Assembly: GCA_964520875.1 (NCBI GenBank)
Contig: CAZFQJ010000001.1
Span: 1-30,986, forward strand
DNA: 30,986 nt
DNA from: an uncultured Lachnospiraceae bacterium
GTDB taxonomy: Bacteria > Bacillota > Clostridia > Oscillospirales > CAG-272
Direction of reading: 5' to 3'
In this document: piece after piece, positions 1 to 8,949 of the stretch
Numbering within the stretch: the first letter of the stretch is position 1
Layout: the number at the start of each line of letters is the position of its first letter
Translations under genes and position numbers: made by a program
Notes under the pieces: generated by a model
The model's input: only the letters and a program-made list of their open reading frames with translations
The model's database searches: none
Told to the model about the DNA's origin: nothing

Positions 1-127
1 TGCCGAACACAGAGCCTTTTTCGCGTTCGATCTCAAAGTTTCCGAACCACATAAGCTTACGCATAACGCGTCCCGCGTCCTTCTTCATTACGACGAGCGT
101 AAGCTTTTTCATCTTACTTACCGACAT
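1..127 (-). CDS. ntpI: V-type ATP synthase subunit I, N-terminal fragment (runs off the window start)
   Basis: Manual translation from ATG at 127: MSVSKMKKLTLVVMKKDAGRVMRKLMWFG. This resembles the typical subunit I start (M.I.KMKKL.L). A GGAGG RBS lies upstream, and the gene follows a subunit H/G-like gene. Confidence 0.75.
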   Translation of the reverse strand, partial: MSVSKMKKLTLVVMKKDAGRVMRKLMWFGNFEIEREKGSVFG

Positions 128-157
128 GCTTTCGCTCCCTCCGACTTTCGCGTCCGT

Positions 158-472
158 TCATTCGTTTATCACGCTTTTTACTATCATATCCACCGCACGC
201 TCCATGTTCTTTTCCGCCCTCGCGGTCATCTTCGCCGCTTTTTCATACGCAAGGATACGCGCCCTGTCTACTTCGGCTCTCGCTTCGCTTTCGGCGTTAT
301 TTCGCGCGGTTTTTATCTCTTTTTCCGCCATTTCAACGAAGTGAAGACGTATCTCTTCGCTCTCCGCTTCCGCCTTTTTAACGGCAGCTCTTGCATATAC
401 GTCCGCGCTTTTTCTTATCTCCGAGGCTTCAGCCTCGCTCCTTAAGATCTCATCTATGATCCTTTTCGACAT
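158..472 (-). CDS. V-type ATP synthase subunit H/G-like peripheral stalk protein
   Basis: 104 aa, A/E/K/R-rich coiled coil (AEAEASEI...A.E.A), directly upstream of subunit I, the usual order in clostridial V/A-ATPase operons. Confidence 0.75.
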   Translation of the reverse strand: MSKRIIDEILRSEAEASEIRKSADVYARAAVKKAEAESEEIRLHFVEMAEKEIKTARNNAESEARAEVDRARILAYEKAAKMTARAEKNMERAVDMIVKSVINE

Positions 473-525
473 TCTTTTCTCCGAAAATATTGTTTACCGT
501 TTCTTTTGGTTCGGCTCATCATGAT

Positions 526-1086
526 TTATCTTGCGCTTTTAAACGTCAAAATATTTCCGATATCCGATATATTTTGCGGCAAAGCCGAATTTTTTTCGTC
601 GACATCGTAATAAAAAGTACCGTTTTTATCGACAAATATACCGTCATGCGCGCGTTTTCCGCGTTTTTTCCTTATACCGAGCGTCGTCTCGTCACACAGA
701 AGCCCCGTAAGCCTATCCCATACCGTATATTCGACCGAGCAGGCGATCGTTCGAGGCAGAAACGCTCTCTCGCTTTCCGTTACGCTCGCTTCCGTCCTTA
801 CGCTCACGCTATTTCCGTTCTCTCCGCATACGGTGATCGAAAGACGGTATACACGTCTCGGAAAAGCCGAGCGTCTGCCGCCGTTTCCGACATGCTCCGA
901 AAACCTTTCTTCATCGTTTTTGAACATTTCTTTTCTTACGCTTTCCGCAAAGCCTCCGGATAGCTTTTCGAAGATACCGTCGCTCCTTCCGACCGTCTCC
1001 GCTATCGGATATCTTATATACATTTCGGAAATATCGACGCCCTTCACCGTATTTTTCTCGGAGATCTCGCGATAGATATCGCCCAT
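526..1086 (-). CDS. Hypothetical protein, possibly DUF4163/DUF3298 (RsiV/PdaC-N)-like
   Basis: Start moved to ATG 1086 because of the GAAAGGA RBS; the longer ORF start lies in a terminator. The motifs IRYP, SVRTEASV and TVWDRLTG resemble the YP / lSv / tfDl.tG pattern of that fold. No signal peptide. Confidence 0.45.
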   Translation of the reverse strand: MGDIYREISEKNTVKGVDISEMYIRYPIAETVGRSDGIFEKLSGGFAESVRKEMFKNDEERFSEHVGNGGRRSAFPRRVYRLSITVCGENGNSVSVRTEASVTESERAFLPRTIACSVEYTVWDRLTGLLCDETTLGIRKKRGKRAHDGIFVDKNGTFYYDVDEKNSALPQNISDIGNILTFKSAR

Positions 1087-1102
1087 ATTCGTTTCCTTTC
1101 GT

Positions 1103-1132
1103 AAAAAAAGGGAACTGCTTTTAACAGTTCCC
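1103..1132 (-). terminator. Rho-independent terminator
   Basis: Minus strand: GGGAACTG-ttaaaag-CAGTTCCC followed by T7. Confidence 0.8.
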
Positions 1133-1229
1133 ATAATATTTCAATGTATTTTATCCCCGAAAGTCCGTTTAATGCAAACCGTTACGATAATATTGTATGC
1201 AAAAAACGGTATCTATACACTTTTTAAAT

Positions 1230-2510
1230 TTACGAAGCGAGATATTTTTCAAGCGCCGCTATCTTTACGCAAAGGCAAAGTATTGAAACGGCGTCCTTAA
1301 GCTCCGATACAGGCGGATAAGAGGGCGCTATGCGGAGGTTCTTGTCCTCCGGATCGATACCGTAGGGGAACGGCGCGCCGGCGGGAGTCAAGGTAACTCC
1401 GACCTCTTTTGCAAGCGTATAAACGCGCTTTGCACACCCCGGAAGAACATTAAGGCTTATGAAATATCCGCCCTTGGGGTCGCTCCATTCGGCTATTCCC
1501 TTACCGCTAAGCTCTTTGTCGAAAGCCGTAAGCACGGTCTCAAACTTCGGACGAAGTATAGCCGCGTGCTTCTTCATCTGCTCTTTTATTCCGTCAAGAT
1601 CCTTAAAATATCTCGCATGGCGGAGCTGATTTATTTTGTCGAAGCCTATCGTCTGTATACCCATGCTCTTCTTGGTCTTGGCTATATTGGCGTCCGACGC
1701 CGCCATAGCCGCTATTCCCGCGCCCGCAAAGGATATCTTTGAGGTAGACGTGAACATGATCGGAAGATCCTCGTTTCCATATTCGCGGCAAAGCTCAAAG
1801 AGGTTCGGAAGCTCTACGTATTCGTAAAGATCGTGAACGGCGTATGCGTTATCCCAAAAGATACGGAAGTCGTCCGCCTTGGGTCTGAGAGCCGCAAATC
1901 GTCTTACGGTCTCCTCGGAGCAAACCGTTCCCTCAGGGTTTGAATACTTCGGAACACACCATACGCCCTTTACGCTTTCGTCCTCGGAAACATACTTTTC
2001 TATAACGTCCATATCCGGACCGTCCTTGGTCTGCGGAACGGGTATCATCTCTATACCCATAAGCTCGCATATGGCGAAATGTCTGTCGTATCCGGGTGCG
2101 GGACAGAGAAATTTTATCTTACCCTGAGCACCCCACGGCTTTTTGCCGCCAGCAACGCCGAAGATCATCGCACGGGATATCTCATCGTACATGAGATTTA
2201 AGCTGGAAGAGCCGCCGACTATGACGTTTTTGGAGGGAACGCCCAATATCTCGGCAAATAACGACTTGACCTCCGGAATACCGTCAAGTATTCCGTAGTT
2301 ACGGCAATCCGTTCCGTTTTCGGAAACGCAGTCCGACGCCGTCTTTACGCAATCGAGCATACCGACCGAAAGATCGAGCTGATCAGCGCCCGGCTTTCCT
2401 CTTGACATATCAAGCTTAAGTCCCTTGGCTTTAAAATCCTCATACTGTTTTTCGAGAGCGGAAAGCTCCTTTTTCATATCTTCCTTTGAAAGCTGCGAAT
2501 AACGACACAT
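1230..2510 (-). CDS. PLP-dependent aminotransferase class I/II (putative aspartate aminotransferase, Rv3722c/AspB-like subgroup)
   Basis: 426 aa; LDMSRGKP, PGYDRHF, VPKYSNPEG, WDNAY, STSKISF (PLP lysine) and RIAPS motifs. Confidence 0.85.
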   Translation of the reverse strand: MCRYSQLSKEDMKKELSALEKQYEDFKAKGLKLDMSRGKPGADQLDLSVGMLDCVKTASDCVSENGTDCRNYGILDGIPEVKSLFAEILGVPSKNVIVGGSSSLNLMYDEISRAMIFGVAGGKKPWGAQGKIKFLCPAPGYDRHFAICELMGIEMIPVPQTKDGPDMDVIEKYVSEDESVKGVWCVPKYSNPEGTVCSEETVRRFAALRPKADDFRIFWDNAYAVHDLYEYVELPNLFELCREYGNEDLPIMFTSTSKISFAGAGIAAMAASDANIAKTKKSMGIQTIGFDKINQLRHARYFKDLDGIKEQMKKHAAILRPKFETVLTAFDKELSGKGIAEWSDPKGGYFISLNVLPGCAKRVYTLAKEVGVTLTPAGAPFPYGIDPEDKNLRIAPSYPPVSELKDAVSILCLCVKIAALEKYLAS

Positions 2511-2544
2511 ATATTTTTATCTCCCTATCTGATTTGATCCGTGC

Positions 2545-3717
2545 TTATTTGCGTGCGACGCCGCTGTCTCTTGCCGCCTGTGCGACCGCACGTGCGACCG
2601 CGCCGTGTACTCTTTTATCGAACGCCGCCGGTATCACGTATTCCGGCGAAAGCTCGTCGTCGCTCACCAGCTCCGCTATCGCGCGTGCGGCCGCGAGCAT
2701 CATGTCCTTATTTATATCGCTCGCCCTTGCGTCGAGCGCGCCTCTGAATATTCCGGGGAACGCAAGAACGTTGTTTATCTGATTTTGATAGTCGCTGCGT
2801 CCGCTTCCCACTATATAAGCGCCCGCATTTTTTGCGTTTTCGGGCATTATCTCGGGAACGGGGTTCGCCATAGCGAACACGACCGAGCCGCTTGCCATAG
2901 ATCTCACCATGCTCTCGCTTACCACGTTCGGAGCCGAAACGCCTATGAATATATCCGCGTCCGCCATAACGTCCGCAAGGCTTCCGGTCTTTTTACGGGG
3001 ATTGGTTATCTTGCTCATTCTTATCTGAGCCTCATTAAGCCCGTCTGTTCCCTCGCATATCGCTCCGACCTTATCGCAAAGTATAAGATCCTTTATCCCG
3101 TAATCGAGCAAAAGCTCCGCTATCGCTATTCCCGCAGAGCCTGCGCCGTTTATAACGGCTCTTACGTTCTCGGGCTTCTTCTTTGTCAGTCTAAGCGAAT
3201 TCATTACAGCCGAGAGCACCACGACCGCCGTTCCGTGCTGATCGTCGTGGAACACGGGGATATCGCATATCTCTTTAAGGCGCCTTTCTATCTCAAAGCA
3301 CCTCGGAGCCGATATATCTTCAAGGTTTACGCCCCCGAAGCTTCCGGCAAGAAGCGATACCGTCCTTACTATCTCGTCCGTATCCTTGCTTCTTATGCAG
3401 AGCGGTATCGCGTCAACGTTTCCGAACTCTTTAAAGAGGACGCATTTGCCCTCCATCACCGGCATGCCCGCCTCCGGACCTATATCTCCGAGCCCGAGCA
3501 CCGCCGTTCCGTCGGTTATGACCGCGACCGTATTCCACCTTCCCGTAAGCTCGTATGAAAGCTCGGGATCCTTTTGTATTTCAAGGCAAGGCTGCGCAAC
3601 GCCGGGCGTATACGCAAGAGAGAGCGACTCTCTGTCGTTTACCGTTACCTTGGTCTTTATCTCCAATTTTCCCTTAAGCCTTGCATGGAGCTTTAACGAT
3701 TCCTCTCTGTAATTCAT
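2545..3717 (-). CDS. NAD(P)-dependent malic enzyme (short, YtsJ/MaeB-N-like)
   Basis: 390 aa; LAYTPGVA, TDGTAVLGLGDIG, MEGK, NLEDI, HDDQHGTA, GAGSAG, AMANPVPEI and NNVLAFPGIFRGALD motifs. Confidence 0.93.
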   Translation of the reverse strand: MNYREESLKLHARLKGKLEIKTKVTVNDRESLSLAYTPGVAQPCLEIQKDPELSYELTGRWNTVAVITDGTAVLGLGDIGPEAGMPVMEGKCVLFKEFGNVDAIPLCIRSKDTDEIVRTVSLLAGSFGGVNLEDISAPRCFEIERRLKEICDIPVFHDDQHGTAVVVLSAVMNSLRLTKKKPENVRAVINGAGSAGIAIAELLLDYGIKDLILCDKVGAICEGTDGLNEAQIRMSKITNPRKKTGSLADVMADADIFIGVSAPNVVSESMVRSMASGSVVFAMANPVPEIMPENAKNAGAYIVGSGRSDYQNQINNVLAFPGIFRGALDARASDINKDMMLAAARAIAELVSDDELSPEYVIPAAFDKRVHGAVARAVAQAARDSGVARK

Positions 3718-3765
3718 AGACGTATGTCCGATCCTTTCCGAGCCTCGGCATAAGCGCGCTCTGAG

Positions 3766-4575
3766 TCATTTTTTTGTTTTTATCTGTTTTTTATAATCTC
3801 GCGGAAGCATGCCCGCGTAATTTTTGAATGTCTTTGAAAAATGCTTTGCGTCGGTAAACGAAAGCTCATCAGCTATCTCCGCCATTTTCTTGTCCGTATC
3901 GGAAAGCAGGTGCTTTGCGTACTCTATCTTCTTGTTCAGTATATACTGCATGGGAGCCATTCCGTAACTGTCCTTGAACATTCTGAATATCTGAGTCTTG
4001 CTTACGAAGAACATAGCGGAAAGCTCGTCAAGCGTAAATTTTCCGTCGATATGAGTATCTATATATCCGCGTATGAGCGAAGCCGTATTCTTACGCGCCG
4101 TATCCTTTCCGGACGCCGCCCTTGCGGCTTTGAAAAATATACGGTGGAGCGCCATTAGCGCGTCGCCCCTCTTTTCCTCGGCGCTTATGTCATTCGACTT
4201 TAAAAGTCTGCGTATCTCGAACATCTCGCCGGCTATATCGACGCCTCTTAGTACCTCGTTTCCGTGCAATCCGTACACGCTTGCGAGAGCATAAACGAGC
4301 GTTCCGTAAGCAAACACGGCGGCTATCTTGCTTTCGCTTTCACTATCCGCAGAAAAAACCGCATCCGAACGATCTCGGACTATCATAAAATCGCCCGCAG
4401 AAAAGACCGTAAATCTTCCGCCCGCCGTCAAACCGCGCTCTCCCGAGATTCCGCATATGAGCAATATTCCTTTTTCCGGAAGCTCCGAAAAATCCGGAAG
4501 CCCGTCGTAGTTTATTATACCAAAAAGTCCGTTTTCGTCGGACAGATCATTACCGAAGGTATCCCCAATATACAT
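3766..4575 (-). CDS. AraC family transcriptional regulator
   Basis: C-terminal double HTH (LDELSAMFFVSKTQIFRMFK...IADELSFTDAKHFSKTFKNYAGMLPRDYK). Confidence 0.9.
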   Translation of the reverse strand: MYIGDTFGNDLSDENGLFGIINYDGLPDFSELPEKGILLICGISGERGLTAGGRFTVFSAGDFMIVRDRSDAVFSADSESESKIAAVFAYGTLVYALASVYGLHGNEVLRGVDIAGEMFEIRRLLKSNDISAEEKRGDALMALHRIFFKAARAASGKDTARKNTASLIRGYIDTHIDGKFTLDELSAMFFVSKTQIFRMFKDSYGMAPMQYILNKKIEYAKHLLSDTDKKMAEIADELSFTDAKHFSKTFKNYAGMLPRDYKKQIKTKK

Positions 4576-4648
4576 TTTTACGTCCTTTTCTTAAGCACCC
4601 GCACGCCGCCTCGGACGGCGTTCACACCGATATATCGCATACCTAATT

Positions 4649-4677
4649 ATGTTATCATATTTTGCTCCGATTGTCAA
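4649..4677 (-). promoter_or_regulatory. Sigma-A-type promoter for araC
   Basis: TTGACA-17 nt-TAACAT with a TGn extended -10. Confidence 0.55.
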
Positions 4678-4773
4678 TCACAGAAAGCAAATTTGCTTCT
4701 TTTACGCATATTTTTTTATTTTATGACTACCATAAGCATAAACAATAACATGATACAAAACGGAGGTCATCGT

Positions 4774-6183
4774 ATGCCCGAGAGCGATATACTCAGCGGA
4801 GATCTGGATTCGGATATCGAAAAAATAGATAAAATAATGCGTACCTCGGAGAGCTTCGACCTCGTAAAGCGCGTATTGACTCCGAAAAACGGTCAGCGGT
4901 GCGCGTTTTTCTACGTTGCGGGATTCGCCGACGGTCAAACGGTGCAGGATTTTATGCGTTACTGCCTGACCTCGGACATTACGGAATTAAGGGACGATAC
5001 CGTACCCTATGTCGAAGCGTCGCGTTCGGAAGAGATACCGAAGATAATAAAGGGCATACTTGCCGGAATGACCTGCTTTATAGCCGAAGGACAAAAAGAA
5101 GCGCTCATCATGGATATGCGAAAAATGCCCGTCCGAGGGATAGAAGAGCCGGAAAACGACAAGGTCCTGCGCGGAGCGAGAGACGGCTTCGGAGAGGCTC
5201 TGCAGCCCAACGCCGCGCTAATACGCAGGCGTATACGCGACCCCAGCCTCACGTTTTCGGTATACGTAGTCGGAAAAGAGACCAAAACGGACGTCTGCGT
5301 CTGCTATATGGAAGGAAAGGCGGACAAAAAGTTCGTCGATACCGTTAAAGAGCAATTAAAAGAGCTAAAGCTCGATAACGTAAATTTTCACGGTGAGACG
5401 CTTACGGAAACGCTGATAAAAAAGAGGTGGTACAACCCCTTCCCCAAGGTGCGTTATACGGAACGCCCGGACGCCGCGGCGGCTTCTCTGCTTGAAGGAA
5501 GCGTACTGATACTGTGCGACAATTCCCCTTCCGCCATAATACTTCCAACCTCAATATTCGATTTTTTTCAAGAGACGGACGATTTTTGCTTTCCGCCGCT
5601 TACGGGAAGCTATCTGAGGATAGTGCGCTTTGCGGTATACCTTTCCTCTATATATCTCACCCCCGTCTGGTATTGGCTTATCGGAATGTCCGACTCGCTT
5701 CCGCCGTGGCTCGGGTTTTTACGCCTTTCACAGGAATCGGGAATACCGGTATTCTGGCAGCTGCTGATCATAGAATTTGCAATAGACGGAATGCGCTTAG
5801 CATCTCTTAACACTCCCGATATGCTCGGAAGCTCGCTGAGCATAGTAGGGGGACTGATACTCGGAGATTTCGCCGTCAGCGCCGGGTGGTTTTCTCCGGA
5901 CGTCATACTCTACATGGCGTTCGTAACGATAGCGAACTTTACTCAAACGAGCTACGAGCTCGGATATGCGGTGAAATTCATGCGTATGCTCATGCTCGTG
6001 CTCGTACACCTTATAGGCGGTATCGGGATAATTCTCGGCACGGTGATCGTTCTGTTCCTTATCCTGACGAACAATTCGATAAAAGGAAGCCGAAGCTATA
6101 TCTACCCGCTTTATCCATTCAACGGCAAAGCTTTGCTGAGTCTTATGATAAGACTGCGAAGGCGGCCCGATGAAAAAAAGTAA
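4774..6183 (+). CDS. Spore germination protein, GerA family (SpoVAF-like)
   Basis: Start at ATG 4774 after a GGAGG RBS; EEPENDKVLRGARDGF, RRRIRDP, PKVRYTERPD, DFFQETDD, IDGMRLASLNTP and IVGGLILGDFAV motifs. Confidence 0.9.
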   Translation: MPESDILSGDLDSDIEKIDKIMRTSESFDLVKRVLTPKNGQRCAFFYVAGFADGQTVQDFMRYCLTSDITELRDDTVPYVEASRSEEIPKIIKGILAGMTCFIAEGQKEALIMDMRKMPVRGIEEPENDKVLRGARDGFGEALQPNAALIRRRIRDPSLTFSVYVVGKETKTDVCVCYMEGKADKKFVDTVKEQLKELKLDNVNFHGETLTETLIKKRWYNPFPKVRYTERPDAAAASLLEGSVLILCDNSPSAIILPTSIFDFFQETDDFCFPPLTGSYLRIVRFAVYLSSIYLTPVWYWLIGMSDSLPPWLGFLRLSQESGIPVFWQLLIIEFAIDGMRLASLNTPDMLGSSLSIVGGLILGDFAVSAGWFSPDVILYMAFVTIANFTQTSYELGYAVKFMRMLMLVLVHLIGGIGIILGTVIVLFLILTNNSIKGSRSYIYPLYPFNGKALLSLMIRLRRRPDEKK

Positions 6184-6190
6184 AAGACAG

Positions 6191-7834
6191 TCATTTGACT
6201 GCCTTTTTGCTTTTAACGAACCAATACGCCCACCTATTAGCGACCCAAAATATACAGAGATATACGAACAGATTGCCGACGTAAGAATAGAGCGTCCTGT
6301 CGCTTTTCGCGTATACGGTCTTGCAGGCGTATCCCTTGATCAGCGGCTCTATCTCGGTAAGCTTGACTCCCGTCGGCGTGATGATCGACGATACTCCGGT
6401 ATTCGCCGCTCTTATCACGTATCTTCCCGTCTCTATGGCTCGCAGAGCCGCGTGCGAATTATGCTGATAGACCGCCGCCGAATCGCTGAACCAAGAATCG
6501 TTTGTGGAAAGAGTTATCAGCTCCGCGCCGTCGCGCACGGCGTCAAGCGCAAGCGTTTCGTAGATCGAATCGAAGCATATTAGACTGCCTGTCTTTCCGT
6601 ATTCGGTATCGAAAACGTTACTGTCGCTTCCCGGAGTAAGCGGATCGGAAAGAAGATTCATTTCGGAAAGCACGGGAAGCACCGCGTTTACAAAGCCTTC
6701 CATTGGCGTATATTCGCCGAACGGCACGAGACGGCGTTTATAATAACATTGGTCGTCCACCGTTCCGTCCGAATGAAATACGAATATGGCGTTATATGAG
6801 GTACACTCCTCGGTATCATCTTCGTAAATATCGTCAAACGCGCCTACGAACAGAGTTATGCCGTAACGCTTCGCAAGGTCACTCAGATCGTTCATTATCT
6901 TCGTGTTATATCTTATACTCGTCGGTATAACGGTCTCCGGCCATACGACTATATCGGCGCCGTATTCCTCAACGCATTGCTCCGTAAGCGATATATAAAG
7001 CTCCGCCGAGGCTTTCGTTGAGCCGTCCGCCCATTTGTCAAGCGACGATATATTTCCCTGTATCACCGCCGCCTTTATCGGTTCTCCGCTCTCGTCATTT
7101 TTGACCGCCATTCTTACGACCCCGAACACGGCGTTAGATACGAATATACATAAAGCGACGGACGTAAGTATAACGCTCTTTTTGCTTTCAAAGAACCGTC
7201 TTATCTCGCGACCGTTCTCTTTAAGCTCCGCATAAGATGCCGCAAGGAACGCGTTTACCGCCACTATGAGCGCGCTTGTAAACATGCTTCCGAAAAGCGA
7301 CGCGCTCTGCTGCATGAACGGAACATAGCTCTGAGATACCGCCATTCTCGCCCACGGAACTCCTCGCCAGAAAAGCGTTTCCTGCCATTCGAATATCACC
7401 CACATAGCGGTAAATAACAAAGCGCGAACGTAGGTCTTTTTCCCCTCGGGACGGATAAATCTGTAAAAAAGCGGAAGAAAACCGAACTCCGTCGATTGAA
7501 GGAGCGCAAGCCCCACCCAACAAAGAACTATGAGTCCTATCGCGCCGAGCGTTCCGAGATCCTCAAAGACCGGATAAAGATTCGCAAACCAATGGTACAT
7601 CACGCCGAAATACCCGGCGCCGAACGTAAATCCGTTAAGATAGGCGCGTTTTCGCGTGACACAAGCTCCGTATCTTATCTGAAAGTATATCATCGGAGAC
7701 AATCCCACCCATGATATGAGCCATAATTTCGGAAAAACATACGGCAAAGCCGATATAATTCCGCTGATAAAAAAGACGATCGTCATCTTTCTTACCGTCT
7801 TTTTTTCGGTACTGTTTTTTTCGATCTCATTCAT
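6191..7834 (-). CDS. lnt: Apolipoprotein N-acyltransferase
   Basis: N-terminal multi-TM region, IQGN, and a nitrilase-fold triad: WPET (E), YKRRLVPFGEY (K), LICFDS (C). Also STNDSWF and RAANTGVS. Confidence 0.92.
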   Translation of the reverse strand: MNEIEKNSTEKKTVRKMTIVFFISGIISALPYVFPKLWLISWVGLSPMIYFQIRYGACVTRKRAYLNGFTFGAGYFGVMYHWFANLYPVFEDLGTLGAIGLIVLCWVGLALLQSTEFGFLPLFYRFIRPEGKKTYVRALLFTAMWVIFEWQETLFWRGVPWARMAVSQSYVPFMQQSASLFGSMFTSALIVAVNAFLAASYAELKENGREIRRFFESKKSVILTSVALCIFVSNAVFGVVRMAVKNDESGEPIKAAVIQGNISSLDKWADGSTKASAELYISLTEQCVEEYGADIVVWPETVIPTSIRYNTKIMNDLSDLAKRYGITLFVGAFDDIYEDDTEECTSYNAIFVFHSDGTVDDQCYYKRRLVPFGEYTPMEGFVNAVLPVLSEMNLLSDPLTPGSDSNVFDTEYGKTGSLICFDSIYETLALDAVRDGAELITLSTNDSWFSDSAAVYQHNSHAALRAIETGRYVIRAANTGVSSIITPTGVKLTEIEPLIKGYACKTVYAKSDRTLYSYVGNLFVYLCIFWVANRWAYWFVKSKKAVK

Positions 7835-7864
7835 AATACATTCCCCGTATCCGAAAACGATAAC

Positions 7865-7903
7865 AAAAAAGCTGCTTTGAATACGCTAAGCACTCAAAGC
7901 AGC
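7865..7903 (-). terminator. Terminator of the rplU-prp-rpmA operon
   Basis: Minus strand: GCTGCTTTGA-13 nt-TCAAAGCAGC followed by T6. Confidence 0.8.
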
Positions 7904-7918
7904 CGTTCACCTTTGTCC

Positions 7919-8200
7919 TTACTCTGCCGCGTAAACGCTGACGCGCTTTCTTCCGCCCGCAAAAGTCTCGAACTTTACGTTACCCTCCGCAAGAGCGAAA
8001 AGGGTATCATCGGAACCGATACCTACGTTGGTACCGGGATGGAACTTGGTTCCTCTCTGTCTGACTATAATGTTACCGGGAATAACGTGCTCTCCGCCGA
8101 ATTTCTTTACGCCGAGACGCTTAGACTCACTATCACGGCCGTTCTTGGTAGAACCGACTCCCTTTTTATGTGCGAAAAACTGTAAACCTAATCTTAACAT
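7919..8200 (-). CDS. rpmA: 50S ribosomal protein L27 with Prp-cleaved N-terminal extension
   Basis: [30 protein letters not shown]; GAAAGGA RBS upstream of ATG 8200. Confidence 0.97.
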   Translation of the reverse strand: MLRLGLQFFAHKKGVGSTKNGRDSESKRLGVKKFGGEHVIPGNIIVRQRGTKFHPGTNVGIGSDDTLFALAEGNVKFETFAGGRKRVSVYAAE

Positions 8201-8262
8201 AACAACCGTTCTTCCTTTCTTCGGAAGGTCCGCCCGAAAAGAGCACGAGCCTAACCGAAAAT

Positions 8263-8613
8263 TCATTTGTCGGTCTCTTCTACCGACAGATAATCGTAAT
8301 AGTCCTCAAGCATGTCCATGAGTTGTATGAAATACCCCTGGAGAAGTCCTCCGATCGCAAACCTAACGGCTGCGTTCTCCTCGGACGTATCCAGAACTGC
8401 GGGGATCTTCACCGTTACGTCGGTGGAATCCTCGTCGATAGTGTATTCGACGTCCGTCGCATACGCGACCTCGACCGTATTCACTATCAGCATGGTCATT
8501 GCCGAAAGCGCGGAACAGACTATGTCCTCTCCCGCGTCCGCGTAGCCGGAATGTCCGGTTTCTTTAAAACCGTAATACACGCCGTCCCGCTTAAAAAACG
8601 TGATCTTCGTCAT
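8263..8613 (-). CDS. prp: Ribosomal-processing cysteine protease Prp (YsxB)
   Basis: GHSGY...DIVCSALS motif; lies between rplU and rpmA. Confidence 0.93.
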   Translation of the reverse strand: MTKITFFKRDGVYYGFKETGHSGYADAGEDIVCSALSAMTMLIVNTVEVAYATDVEYTIDEDSTDVTVKIPAVLDTSEENAAVRFAIGGLLQGYFIQLMDMLEDYYDYLSVEETDK

Positions 8614-8628
8614 ACCTTGAAGTCCGAA

Positions 8629-8940
8629 TTACGCGCCGATCTTTGTGATCTCGACCTTCGTATAAAGCTGGCGATGACCGATCTTCTTCTTCTCGTTCTT
8701 TTTAGCCTTGTACTTAAGAACATAGATCTTCTTGCCCTTGCCCTGCTTTACGACCTTAGCCTCAACGGAAGCTCCGTCAACGTAGGGAGCGCCTACCTTG
8801 AAGCCGTCGTCACCGGAAATAGCAAGAACCTTGTCAAATTTTACGGACGTATCTGCTTCAGCTTCTATCTTTTCGATGAAGAGAATGTCGCCCTCGCTGA
8901 CCTTGTACTGCTTTCCGCCTGTTTCAATTATTGCGAACAC
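8629..8940 (-). CDS. rplU: 50S ribosomal protein L21
   Basis: GTG start after a GAGGTG RBS; [13 protein letters not shown]...[15 protein letters not shown]. Confidence 0.97.
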   Translation of the reverse strand: MFAIIETGGKQYKVSEGDILFIEKIEAEADTSVKFDKVLAISGDDGFKVGAPYVDGASVEAKVVKQGKGKKIYVLKYKAKKNEKKKIGHRQLYTKVEITKIGA

Positions 8941-8949
8941 GAAAAGCAC

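Noticed and set aside
1192-1220. Sigma-E-like CATACAAT box
   Set aside because: The candidate -35 ATA is 14 nt away rather than about 16; too weak to call.
2605-3558. 317-aa plus-strand ORF; similar ORFs at 22198-23025, 24027-24689, 8323-9057 and 18070-18708
   Set aside because: All lie antisense to well-supported conserved genes and show no recognisable domains; same codon-bias explanation.
4264-4773. 170-aa N-terminal extension of the GerA/SpoVAF ORF
   Set aside because: Overlaps araC on the opposite strand and the promoter region; a clear GGAGG RBS precedes ATG 4774.
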